This document shows, in pieces, positions 52,470 to 64,000 of a DNA stretch of 64,000 nt. The stretch comes from Octopus bimaculoides. Its lineage: Eukaryota. Numbering within the stretch: position 1 is the first letter of the stretch; each line of letters begins with the position of its first letter. The notes below the pieces were generated by a model. That model ran no database searches and had not been told where the DNA came from. It saw nothing but the letters and a program-made list of their open reading frames with translations. The position numbers were made by a program, and so were the translations under genes. The stretch spans positions 164,345,413 to 164,409,412 of the forward strand of contig NC_068982.1 in the NCBI RefSeq assembly GCF_001194135.2, in the 5' to 3' direction.

Positions 52470-52809
52470 TGCGAAAAGATTAGCCGATATACGAAAACAG
52501 TTACATGTACCGTGAGGATTCGGGCCGGGTAACAAAATGCCAACATTATGAATGCTACTCAATGCCATGTGAAGGCTGTAAGACGTGATATGGAAAGCTG
52601 CATCGGAGACTACGAAGTCGTAACCGGCAGCAAGTAACACGGCAGTCATTCTGATTGCGTTGGTTGGCACGCTAAGGTTGAACTCTACATCATTGTAGAT
52701 ATATTTAGACGGCTGTGTGAAGCTGCTGGCTGGAGACAGTGGTCAATCTCTGCCTGGAAAGGAAAGGTCATATATGTGGCAGCAGAATTCGGCTCCTTGC
52801 CATACCTCC
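52470..52809 (+). mobile_element. Tc1/maT-like transposase relic, internally deleted
   Basis: VKAVRRDMESCIGDYE, HSDCV, RLNS..DGCVKLL and SYMWQQNSAPCHTS. It is cut off where the 49-bp repeat begins. Confidence 0.65.
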
Positions 52810-53201
52810 TGCAATGTTATTATCAGTCCAAATATGTTTGACGCACGTTCGAACTGGGGAACAAGCTTCTCACTGCGTTTTCTCACGGATAATATATCTC
52901 GTTTGTTGACAAATAGTGTGTATACACCTTGATCAGCTCGCAGCGCCATTTACCTAGACTGTGAGATGCCAGCATTTCGGAGTAAGTATCTCCTCATCGG
53001 GCACGGACAGTAAGCAGACAACACTACGAACTGAATTAAGAGATTACCTCTCTTATGCTTTTCCAGTCACCCAACGATAACTGACAGCGTTATACAGCAG
53101 CTCACTGTTAGTCCATTGCGGAAGGGGAGCGCTAAGCTGTGATAAGTGAAATTGCAATGTTATTATCAATCCGAATGTGCTTGATGCACGTTCGAACTGG
53201 G
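52810..53201 (-). mobile_element. Retrozyme-like 343-bp unit with 49-bp terminal direct repeat and internal hammerhead
   Basis: Repeats 52810-52858 and 53153-53201 are 44/49 identical. HHR at 52958-53011 on the minus strand. No coding capacity recognised. Confidence 0.65.
52958..53011 (-). ncRNA. Type I hammerhead ribozyme with bulged stem I (CCGAUGA core variant)
   Basis: ACU-GUCC-GUG-C-CCGAUGA-GGAG-AUACUUA-CUCC-GAAA-UGC-UG-GCA-UC-U-CAC-AGU. Cleavage triplet AUC. Confidence 0.8.
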
Positions 53202-54049
53202 AAATTAGCCATTTGTGCCATTTATGATATTATTTCATCCATACTCCTATGGAAAGAAAACTAAAGTCGATTTTTTTTCGTGTAACAGTGGAGGGAAGGA
53301 TGGAAGAGACATAAGGAGAAAAGCCTCTTACATTATTTTGGAATATCTTGCATGCTTCATCGTTTTTTTTCTGTATATATATCCAGCATTAATTTGCATT
53401 GAGTAACGGTCCTTTGTGTACCCACATTTACTCTTCGCGCTACAGTTCAAGACAGAAACCCTCTTTTGTTTTTCTCAGGTGGAAATGTGGAATTTCTGGC
53501 TCTATTCTCACCTTAATAATATGATTAAGTATCATATTCTTTTGATTCCATCTCGCTTCGGCTTTTCTGCCATCGATTTCAGACTGCATTTTGAATCCAG
53601 TCATGGTCTCACACGTGGTGTTCTTACAGGAAGCTGCACATACTGTAATAGAGAGAAAAGGTGAAAGAGTTTTCCTGCTCAGGAGGAGATCATCGTTTTC
53701 AAGCATACCCATCTATTGTCTTCTGTGGAGAAATTTTTTCCTTGTTTCCTTGTTTTATTTATTTTTTGTTTTCATTTCCTTTTAAGCAAACTTTCAAATT
53801 TTGCCCGAGCATTCTGTATAAATATGAAAACCATGTTATATCGTAACACATATAAAATTGGTACGTTACAAAGTACTTTCAGTTCAATGCCAAAAGTTTG
53901 AAATTACATTGGTTTTATTTTTATATAAATAAATGCAATTGTAAGCGTGTATCAGCTTTGTAAATGTATGCCTATACATACATACATATATATGTGTGTG
54001 TGTGTATATACATATATATTAAGATATATATACAGACCCCCCACACACA

Positions 54050-54119
<70 letters not shown>

Positions 54120-54142
54120 GTGGGGCAATTAGTTGGTTGCCA

Positions 54143-54205
54143 TAATAAAACTCAGAGTGTCGGATGCTGGGACTGAAGTCTGCTCCGGTATCTCATCAGT
54201 TATTA
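54143..54205 (-). ncRNA. Hammerhead motif (GAAA changed to GACA)
   Basis: UAAUAA-CUGAUGA-GAUACCGGAGC-AGACUUCA-GUCCCAGCAUC-C-GACA-CUCUGAG-UU-UUAUUA. Perfect 6-bp stem I, partly decayed stem II. Confidence 0.6.
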
Positions 54206-54423
54206 AGGCAAACAAAAACGCTATGAAAAAAAAAACCGTTGGATAAAGGGAGATTACTCCAATAAGCGTGGGGAAAGTAATATTCTATGAAAAACATACC
54301 TATACTATACAGGGAACTATACTCTACGAAAATTTTGGAGAAACGAAATTTTACTTTTCTCACGCCTATTGGAGTAATTTCCTTGTATTTAACGGTTATT
54401 TTTAATAACGTTTTTGTTTGTCT

Positions 54424-54486
54424 TAATACTTGATGAGATGTTGGAGCTGAAGTCTGCTCCGGCATCCGAAACTCTGAGTTTTATTA
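54424..54486 (+). ncRNA. Hammerhead motif (CUGAUGA changed to UUGAUGA)
   Basis: UAAUAC-UUGAUGA-GAUGUUGGAGC-UGAAGUCU-GCUCCGGCAUC-C-GAAA-CUCUGAG-UU-UUAUUA. The 11-bp stem II is fully paired. Confidence 0.65.
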
Positions 54487-57400
54487 TGACAACCTACTAA
54501 TTGTGACATATATTTATAGATAAATTCCTCTATTTACATAATATCCAGGTCTCGTTTATTCTTTTGTTGTCATATTATCATTATTAATATATATATATCT
54601 ACATATACAGGCTTATATGTGAATATACATCTGTGTATACGTGCATACATACATATATACGTGCATACATATACATTCACACACATATACACGCACACAC
54701 ACACACACAGACACACAGACGCACACACACTCACACACACACATACACATATTTATATGTGTGTATGGATATGTGTATATAACTATACACATACATATAT
54801 ATGTTCACATATATACGCACGTACCTACGCACACACATAGTCAGACTGACAGACAGGAGTTAATCAGAACACTAATTAAATTAGGAGGCTATGAATATTT
54901 TTCTTACGATTCTCATTACAATGGTTGCCAAAACATGAAAAGCCTGTGGATATTCACTTGAGAATAATTAACGATATTCAGAAGTATGTTTATGTTGCCG
55001 AGATTCTACGTGTTTTTCTATTTAGCATATCCCTTGTATTTCTATTTATCTAAGAAAATTTGAAGTGCCTGGAATCTAGCAGAGGCAATCTCGAGAAGTC
55101 ATTATATTTATTAATTTAAGCTAGATATGTTATTTATAGAGAGACGTTTCTTGTATTTACATAAATTTGTGAGTAATCACTTATATATTACATTTGACAA
55201 CTAAAACCCATTTAGAAATGAATTCTATCTGTTACTCGTATTGCTTAACACTAGGTTTTTCTTGATTGAGCTGAACTATGATCAAAAGTGTTCTATGCTA
55301 GAACATCGCAACATTTTCTAAGACCACTTTATCCAATGTGTTCTTCCCATTTCAAGGGTAAGATATCGTTGGCTCGTATTTTTCGGCCTTGAGCACACTG
55401 CACTATGATTTAATGTGTTTCAGACAAGGCAATCCTATTATCTATCCAGGACAACTTATGTATCCCTACAAATTAGATGTCCTAAGTAACCTGCTATATT
55501 CAAAACTTACGTCTTAAATATTGCGGGTTGAAAATGAGTGAGATTTGATCACTCTTCCAGCATTTCGAGCAACCGCGCAACGAACTGTTTCTTTGTAGCC
55601 TTATGTTACTTGGGCCTGATCGAGTAGACATTCTAGGCTCCTTCCATTTTAGTGATATTAAGGATAACATCAATCACTAAGTCATTTCCTTACTGGTTTG
55701 CGGATTTTTCTAGCATTTTGAGCAACCACGTAGAAGCTGATGAATTTTTGTTTTTCTGGTTATTTAATGGCATTAACAGGACAACAAGACATCAATATTT
55801 GTAATAAATATTATGTGTAATTTTTACGTAACATACGACCCTTACATCACAATCTTTTCGCTAACAAAACCTACATTCCGATAGAAAAGCATGGCGTTTA
55901 TCACAGCTGAAGCGCCTCTCTTGAGCGAAACAACATCAACAACAATAAACACATTATCAGACTGATGTGTTACATCTACATTAAAAGAAAATACCTTGGT
56001 GTTTTATGCTCAGAGCGGGAAATAATTTGTTATTCAGATCAATGCTAGCCCTGATCGAGTAGTATGTGATCTTACTAACCATCAATAATCAACTTATCGA
56101 ATTAATAGAATTAAATATAGTTTCTCTCATGCCATGGGCTTTTATTTCAAATCCTTTACAGATATTACTTGTGTGCTATGTATACATAATGATCTTTTTC
56201 GATAACAGAAATAATGCATAAAATTCTTTGAGGAAAATCTTGTCCGTAATGCCTTACAACCACTAGCACCTATCGGTTTAGTCCTCGTTCTCTTAATGTT
56301 ATAGGCTCTGTAGCGGTCTTTTGTAAACCAGGGGAATTACAAAAGAAAATTACTGACTAAATTTAGCAAATGTAATGAATAAGTTATTGTGCAATGGGGG
56401 CAATAATTACTTAGTTATACTATGGTACTAACCTTGGTTAAATAATGCAGAAATATTCATAGGATTTACGAGTTCACTTTAAAGTTTCTAGAGGGTGTCT
56501 AGAAATCTGAGCTAATATCAAACGTTATTTCGTATCACCATTAGACAGAAAATATATTCGCAATGCACACATGCACCACACACACACACACACACAAACA
56601 TACGCACATACACACATGGATATAAAAAAATATATATGTTATTCATGTTCTAGTTTTAGGACACTCTCACACACATACAAATATAAATGTCTGTTTTTGG
56701 TGAGTACAATCATATTTAACATGCTTGTGTACATTCAGAGCTGGAAAGGTATACTCAGAAGAAAATATGTATCTTGACATGATCATAAAATGTAGATTTT
56801 TTACAAATCTTTGCGCTCATCAGCAAATGTACCATTTGCCGTTTTAAGATAAGAGCAACCTCTTCTCAATGGCTATGAAGTACGACTCGGTAATTGTAGC
56901 TGACGACACGCAACGATGCAGAGATGCATGCGCTCTACTGTCCAGTGACGAAAGCATATACTCTTTGATGACTCATCACTTGCAGCGTAGCTACAACAGC
57001 TGAGGTGAAAACTGTCACAGTACTGTGAAATTGAACTGAACGCCCCACGATTATTAAGTTTACTATCATTTGTCGCAAGCAGTAAAACTGGACTTAGACT
57101 CGATCATCAGTAGTCCTTACTACACAGATTGCTAACACTTAGTTAAGGGTAGAATAACAAATTTTGGATCCTGTAATTTACTAACTTCCTCTTATACATC
57201 ATTATGTAATATTTTACTTATATATTTTGAAATGAGTTTAAACTTTTGATCAGCTATTTTACAATATTTTCAGTAATTATCAAACTTTGCTGTACACCCG
57301 ATCTCAGCAACTCGGATGCCCGAGAAAAAGAAGAAACATCAAATGAGAAACGCAGGTGTTGAGAAATATTCACTTTTGGTGCTTCATATGAAACGTGGGC

Positions 57401-58289
57401 AGGTGTATGTTGTCAAAAGATATGAAACATTCTTTGCAATACAAAGATTCTTTCAATAACAATAGCAAACAATTCCAAGATGAGTGGTTGTCAAGTGGAA
57501 ATAAAATATATAAAAAGTATTATTCGAATGTAATATACCCTGAAAACTTAGGAAATAAAAGAAACGACGTAATATTAATAAAATGGAAAATACGGTTCTT
57601 CTCAAGATTTCAAGTACCCATATGCATCATAGCTTTCTTAGTTATCTATAGAATTGTTGGACTTTAAAAACAAACTTGTACAGATATAGCAGACACGTTT
57701 TATGATTACGGGTGTAAGGGCATGCAAACCTTCATATACACTCAATTCAGCGTTACACTCGACGTTTGATTTGATGTTTCTATAGCTTTATACCCAGCCT
57801 CGAATAAATTTGTGGAAATTATATATTTCAAAATTTTATAAACGTAAGAAGAGGCGTTAACAAGTTTGAAGTAATCATATTAATTCAAAATAAATTGTCG
57901 TAAAAAGAAAAACAAAACGAAACAAATAAAACTAACCGAAAATATCTCCATTAAAAAAACAAAAAACGAAGTATTGTTTTCAGATAGCGGTATAGACACA
58001 GACGTATAGCACTTAAATTTGTAAATAAATCTTAAAAAATTAGACATAATCCATAGTCTCTAGAGTGTCCATAATTACTCTGGTACATATTATATTTAAG
58101 GAGACTTAAACTAGAGTAATTGTTTAAAATATCTTGGAGAAGTAGAGACAAATGAAAGGCATATGCTTTCAGTGAACTTGTAGTATATACTTCATTCATA
58201 TTCGTCTCTTGTATATATGTATACACACACGTACACATGAAAGGGACAAAAGAAAAACTAATACTCTGACTAAGACACTCTCATGGAAT

Positions 58290-58490
58290 ATGACCATTTC
58301 AACATAGTCCCCCTTGCGGCCCATACACTTTGTACTCTATACACTTCTTGTATCGGTGATGCAATGCTTGGGTCCCAACGGTAAAAACGCTTCCATCATG
58401 TTGGTCAAGAACATCATCAACAGCAGATGTGACGTCATCATCACTGCGATGCGGTTGGGGACGATTGTCAGATGGGGACAAATCAGTTCA
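58290..58490 (-). mobile_element. Mariner transposase C-terminal relic
   Basis: RSDDDVTSAVDDVLDQHDGSVFTVGTQALHHRYKKCIE matches the mariner C-terminus. Confidence 0.7.
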
Positions 58491-58504
58491 AATCAGTTCA
58501 AATC

Positions 58505-58725
58505 AGTTCAAAGTGCGTGTGTCTGTGTGTGAGTGTTTATATGTTTGTGTGTCTGTGTTTGTACTCCAACATCGTTTGACAACCGATGCTTGTGTGTTTA
58601 CGTCCCTGTAACTTAGCGGTTCCGCAAAAGGGACCGATAGAATAAGTACTAGGCTTACAGAGAATAAGCTAAAGGTGGTGTTCCAACATGGCCGCAGTCA
58701 AATGATTGAAGTAAGTAAAAGAATG
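58505..58725 (+). mobile_element. SINE 3' part
   Basis: acatcgtttgacaaccgatgc...gtaacttagcggttccgcaaaagggaccgatagaataagtactaggcttac...catggccgcagtcaaatga, followed by (TA)n. Recognised as a common octopus SINE tail. Confidence 0.65.
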
Positions 58726-60858
58726 TATATATATATATATATATATNNNNNNNNNNNNNNNNNNNNNNNNNNNNNNNNNNNNNNNNNNNNNNNNNNNNNN
58801 NNNNNNNNNNNNNNNNNNNNNNNNNNNNNNNNNNNNNNNNNNNNNNNNNNNNNNNNNNNNNNNNNNNNNNNNNNNNNNNNNNNNNNNNNNNNNNNNNNNN
58901 NNNNNNNNNNNNNNNNNNNNNNNNNNNNNNNNNNNNNNNNNNNNNNNNNNTATATATGTATATATATATATATGTACATACATTTATACACACATATGTA
59001 TATATAAAAATACAGTCGTACATACGCGCATCTGCGCACACAGATGACTATTGAATGTGTATCTGAGTATCCACCACTCTGGTCTTACTCTTACTCCATT
59101 TTTTTTGCCTTTACTCTCTCTCTAATTGTTTATTTATCTCTACCTACGCTGCTATATGTTTATATCTGTATCTGCACACAGACACATTACTTTCAATAGA
59201 TTTAGTTCATCCTGCTACGCTTATGCACTTCATTTTCTCCAATAGAATTAGTTATTTTATCCTCATTTATTATAATTATTATTCATTCTATTTGTTGTTC
59301 TTAACCTTTCATATTTATTTTCCTTTACTATTGGCAACGTTTCATACTTCAACATATTTATTATAAAATGCAGTTTTCATATTTTTACTTAACTATATGC
59401 TAGAAAGCCTAGATTTTTCTAGTTCTTTTCAAGATAGCTTCCAGATAATTGATTTATTTTAAACAGTCTTTTCATTTCATTTTCAATTCTAACCTTTTAC
59501 TTTCAGTCATGTATTCATAATTCATTTGGAACGATTGTTTTTTTTTTCATTGTTTTAATTTTTATAAAAGTATGTCTATAAGCTTTACTTCGCTTTAAAT
59601 TATTCACGCAATTAATTTTTGTTTTTAACTTTCCCTATGTATTTAATTTCAGCTCATAGAGGTAACCTGTCCTCTTTAGATTATTGCATATAATTCTATT
59701 ACCCCATCCTTCCAACAGCACTTGCTTACTGATAATATCATATTAATGTCGGTATTTACAATCTCCTCCATCAATTCCTTATTATCACTTGCAAATGTAT
59801 TTCAACAGAATCGAATTTAGTCTGAAAATTTCTTGTTAACTTGCGATACTCTCATCGCATGTATAATATGTTTCGGGCGATTCTTTCTCTCAAAAGAAAT
59901 CTATAAGAAGCAGCTATTTCCTCAAATATTTCGGATAATGACAAAACACGTTTTTATACACATTCTTAAATTAACAAAAGAAACAAAAATATTTCTTCTG
60001 AAGAGACTAATATAAAATATAAAATATATAATATTTGTTCCCCAAAATAGACACGCAAAACAAAATAATAACTAGAAAAACTGAAATAGATACATTTCAT
60101 CATAGTCACTGTAGAATATGGTAGTTGTTCAATTTCGGTTCATTCGATTTGTGCCATTGCTTATTTGAAACTCGACAGAAAAGAGAAATAACAAAGTTAT
60201 AAAAAAGTACAAGACCTTGGGAAACTGCCAAGTATGAAAGATCATAATTATCTGTGTTTATACCCGCTTATGTATATAAGTATGTGTGCACTTTTATGTG
60301 CCTAGCAAATATATTTATATACACACACACACAAACACGCACCTCCCCCGTATATATATGTAACATAAATGTCTATGTCCTTAGATCTTATTCATTTATA
60401 TATACATACACATACATTTTATATATATATANNNNNNNNNNNNNNNNNNNNNNNNNNNNNNNNNNNNNNNNNNNNNNNNNNNNNNNNNNNNNNNNNNNNN
60501 NNNNNNNNNNNNNNNNNNNNNNNNNNNNNNNNNNNNNNNNNNNNNNNNNNNNNNNNNNNNNNNNNNNNNNNNNNNNNNNNNNNNNNNNNNNNNNNNNNNN
60601 NNNNNNNNNNNNNNNNNNNNNNNNNNNNNNNNNNNNNNNNNNNNNNNNNNNNNNNNNNNNNNNNNNNNNNNNNNNNNNNNNNNNNNNNNNNNNNNNNNNN
60701 NNNNNNNNNNNNNNNNNNNNNNNNNNNNNNNNNNNNNNNNNNNNNNNNNNNNNNNNNNNNNNNNNNNNNNNNNNNNNNNNNNNNNNNNNNNNNNNNNNNN
60801 NNNNNNNNNNNNNNNNNNNNNNNNNNNNNNNNNNNNNNNNNNNNNNNNNNNNNNNNNN

Positions 60859-60889
<31 letters not shown>

Positions 60890-60895
<6 letters not shown>

Positions 60896-61572
60896 AAGTA
60901 TGGAGGTTTAGTTCACTAGTGATCTGAACGATTAGGTACGCTAGGTAAGTGCTGTAACAGATTACTAGGTTATAGTAATCCAAGGTTATAGCCGAGGCGA
61001 TAGTTATGGAGCCATTGCAGATTTCCGATGCAGCGGATATATAATTGTGAAAGGGGACAACAAGCATTAAGGCAAGGCAAACATCTCAAGTCATATGCGA
61101 TATTATTACTGGAAAAATGTCAAAGTCTTACAGCTGTTTCTGGGATATCCCCGAGTATGGGATACTCCGTCATCAGAAACAAATAGGGAAAAATAGTGAA
61201 AATGAGAATGGTATATATTAATGAGTGCATCACATAGAAGAAGGCAGTAAAAGAATAAGAAGATGAAAAGAAAGAAGCATAAAAGTTCATAGTTCAACTT
61301 TCCGGCGTTATAGAAACAAGAGCATAATTCCTTAGGGGCAATCCTGCGTAGATCCATGTGGGACAAAATCCGGAGAGAAAAATGTCTACTATATCAGGAT
61401 TTTAACCCACATGGATGTACTACGCATAATTCCACCTAAGGGCTTACGCTCATGGATCTACGCAGGATTGCACTTGTTTCTATAACGTCGGAAAGTTAAA
61501 CTATGAACTTTTATGCTTCTATTTTTCTTCTTTCTTTCCATTTCCTTATTCTTTTACTGCCTTCCTCTATGT
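60890..61572 (-). mobile_element. Non-coding Penelope-type element, same family as 14310, with fold-back and hammerhead
   Basis: Inverted repeat 61232-61362 / 61406-61572 and HHR at 61125-61180. The tail aligns to 14700-14920 and ends in (TA)n. Confidence 0.75.
61125..61180 (-). ncRNA. Type I hammerhead ribozyme, canonical core
   Basis: GUUU-CUGAUGA-C-GGAGUAUCCC-AUACUCG-GGGAUAUCCC-A-GAAA-CAGCUG-UA-AGAC. Confidence 0.78.
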
Positions 61573-62199
61573 CCTCGTCTCATGAATTAGTTATTCAACC
61601 AGTGGAATTTTGTCAAGAGTAAATTTATGGTTACAAAGTATAACCCAATGATACTTAACTTCCAAACTGATGACAATTAGTTGTGAAGTTCCAGCTTACT
61701 TTTGAGGATTCTCAGGGATGAAAACGCACAAGTTAACTCCCTTCTCTAACACATGCTCCATTTTAGCTTCCTCCACTCAACTGTATTTTAAGCCGTTCAT
61801 GCACTTCGTTTCCAAACTCCAGTCTAGTTTAATAAGGCGAACTCTTTATGGCTCGATACATTGTCTGATTATGTTCTTTGTGAGATATATTTATTTCCTT
61901 TGCATCCGCTGTATTCTAATCTGTGTAAAAGTCACGGTGTCTACCATTTCTTTGATCTCTAATTGGACAATAAGACTTCAATAACTTTTTCAAATTCAAT
62001 TTTTCTTTCTTGTCCAAGTATTAACAATGAGTGTATAAAATCATGTAACACCATATGGTTGTATGGCAGCGATATGAAAATGCATTTGCATTAAAGTAGT
62101 AAAGACGAATTGATGGAGATCAAAGCATTATGTAAAACTTGTCCGCTGCTTTTCAATCAATGCATCCTTGGAAATGCTATTTCATATACTTATGGTGAC

Positions 62200-62830
62200 T
62201 ATATGAGCACCAGCAAGACTTCATGCTGATAGTATTATGCCTAGAACTCGATTGCCCAGCCGCAACTGTCGATTGCTGCTTGTTCCTGCTAGAGAATTGT
62301 TTCGATATCATGTCATCTCTAGGCATCACGCGGGAATGGCAAAGTTATTTTCGAGTGATTTCCGTCAGATCCTGCCAGTAGTTTCAAAAGTTGATAAAAT
62401 CCATTTCTGTTTGTTGTAAATCGCAACCATTATCCCTTTGTGTAAAATGTGGTTTCTTCAATCTGTCAATAAACATGAAAGTAAAACAATTTCGAACCTT
62501 TCTGGCAATAATTGGTTTCAATTTAAAGTGGAAACAGTTCTTTTCACAGTAACAGCGCTATGAGCCCAGTTTCTTTAAGCGACGTGGTTAGGAAAACAGA
62601 GAAATTCAAATTAAAAATGTTTCTCAACCGGCAAAAGAATTTACTTAAACGAGGGTAACTGAGCGCAAACAACGTGTGGTCAACAACGTCAACTTGCACG
62701 TGTTGCAGGCATTTTCAGGAAATACTTTAACCTAAAATATTTTAGACGTTCTTGTGGATGAGGATGAAAAAAATCCATTACATTGCGGAATTTAAAAATC
62801 AATCGAGCATCTCATATCAATTGTAGAACA
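62200..62830 (+). mobile_element. Helitron PIF1-type helicase relic
   Basis: GMAKLFSSDFRQILPVV (compare GGK....GDFRQILPV), and further downstream VDEDEK.HYIAEF (compare DEDEAVHYPVEFLN). Confidence 0.55.
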
Positions 62831-64000
62831 TTTCAGCTAACAAAAGGACCGGTAATAATACTAATCTACAATTTAGATCAGCTGCAACTATGTAACGACT
62901 CAAGATAAATGATTAAGAATCTAATGTCACATTTCATGCAGGTCACCGAACTTACCAATCTCATTGGATGTACCAAACATGAGAATGTAATTATAACTAA
63001 AATTTCAGTCAGACCGCGAAATGTACCCTTCTGATATAGATATTTCATTTCCTAGAACATCTAGGCATACTATGCCAACCAATAAATTCCAAGTGAAATC
63101 ATTGACATTTGCTAGATTCCAACATGGGAAATTTTGCTTCGTTAACAACCTATTTAACTACGATGCTCAAGAGCTGGAAACGTACTCCATAATCTTATTT
63201 ATGCTTTTGTTGTTAAAAATTTGTTATACTGTGACAAGCTGTGACATTACAATATTCAGAATTCCGAACGCTATGATGGCCTACTAATTTTGTATACATA
63301 AGATGGAACTCATTGTAACGGCTAATGTCACTTCTTTACCGTTGCATATATATTGCAATTTCATTATTTGGATATGTAAATTTCTTCTAGCTATTCTAGC
63401 TTCCAAAATCTGTAAAATAATGTATTCCCAGTGGTAGTTTGCTTCTCAATAATCTGGTTTGTAGGGGTATTTCGACTCACTTTTATTATTTTCAATAATA
63501 ATTTCTCATTTTCGCAATCTTGTATTTCTACTTAATTTGGTTGAATAAGATATATGTTATTTACACAATTAAATTACGAACTATACAATTAATATTCAGT
63601 GCGGTCTGTATTATAAGGCATTAGAAACTGAACAGCTATAAACCTGTTTAAAAACACTCTCATTAAACAGAATATACCTTCATTAAAAACAATTCATAGT
63701 TACATTTGAAACTTGGAAAAGCCGGGTATTCAAATTGCATATGCACATGTACATACATATATTGGTAGGAATCACGTCATAGTGCTATCGACAACTGAAG
63801 CCTATTTATTGTATGGCAAGTGACTTCAGAAGAAACGATATTTATCTAAGGATAGATTTATCCGATTAGATGCTACAGCCTATAACTTCGAAGTTAAAAG
63901 GAAGTTGGAACTATCATGCATTTTGCAATGCCAATCATAACAAGAGTAGGTAAATTAAAAGGATTTTCATCTGAAAATTAAAACCGCGCTGATATACGTT

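Larger units (their letters stand above)
54126..54503. mobile_element. Palindromic non-coding element with a hammerhead in each arm
   Basis: Arms 54126-54284 and 54347-54503 (about 157 bp, imperfect) with a spacer of about 62 bp. Confidence 0.8.

Noticed and set aside
53479-53665. Strong acceptor with a ~60-codon open frame
   Set aside because: The product is unrecognisable, and an alternative frame resembles a LINE RT scrap.
58490-58512. Short tandem repeats: (AAATCAGTTC)x3 here, a 15-mer pair at about 48330, a 19-mer pair at 20218/20250
   Set aside because: Simple slippage duplications with no spacers. They are not CRISPR-like.
746-61067. Long track ORFs containing X-runs or HT/IY/CV/poly-L/poly-R tracts
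   Set aside because: They are artefacts of N-gaps and di- or trinucleotide microsatellites, not genes.
61666-61700. CUGAUGA-CAAUUAGUUG-UGAAG
   Set aside because: A short stem II exists, but there is no GAAA, stem III or stem I.

Overview
AT-rich, microsatellite-dense eukaryotic DNA with 12 N-gaps, most flanked by (TA)n. The SINE, LINE and microsatellite content resembles a cephalopod genome, probably Octopus (inference from recognition only, no search run). No confidently identifiable host gene, rRNA, true tRNA or CRISPR array was found. Most long track ORFs are artefacts of N-runs or simple repeats. The recognisable content is decayed mobile DNA: five R4/Dong-type non-LTR fragments (RT, CCHC knuckle, restriction-like endonuclease), Penelope-like (PLE) RT/GIY-YIG fragments, mariner, Tc1/maT and pogo-Tigger relics, a Chapaev3-like N-terminus, a Helitron helicase relic and several tRNA-derived SINEs. 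The most interesting signal, invisible in the ORF track, is about ten type I hammerhead-ribozyme (HHR) motifs in non-coding elements. They include a 343-bp unit with 49-bp terminal direct repeats (retrozyme-like, 52.8-53.2 kb), two short palindromic elements with an HHR on each strand (15.3 kb, 54.1 kb), a fold-back plus HHR family ending in (TA)n (14.3 kb, 61 kb; relative at 39.7 kb), and a tRNA-like promoter joined to an HHR (18.7 kb). Several share an unusual CCGAUGA core. All alignments and folds were done by eye, and boundaries of decayed elements are approximate.
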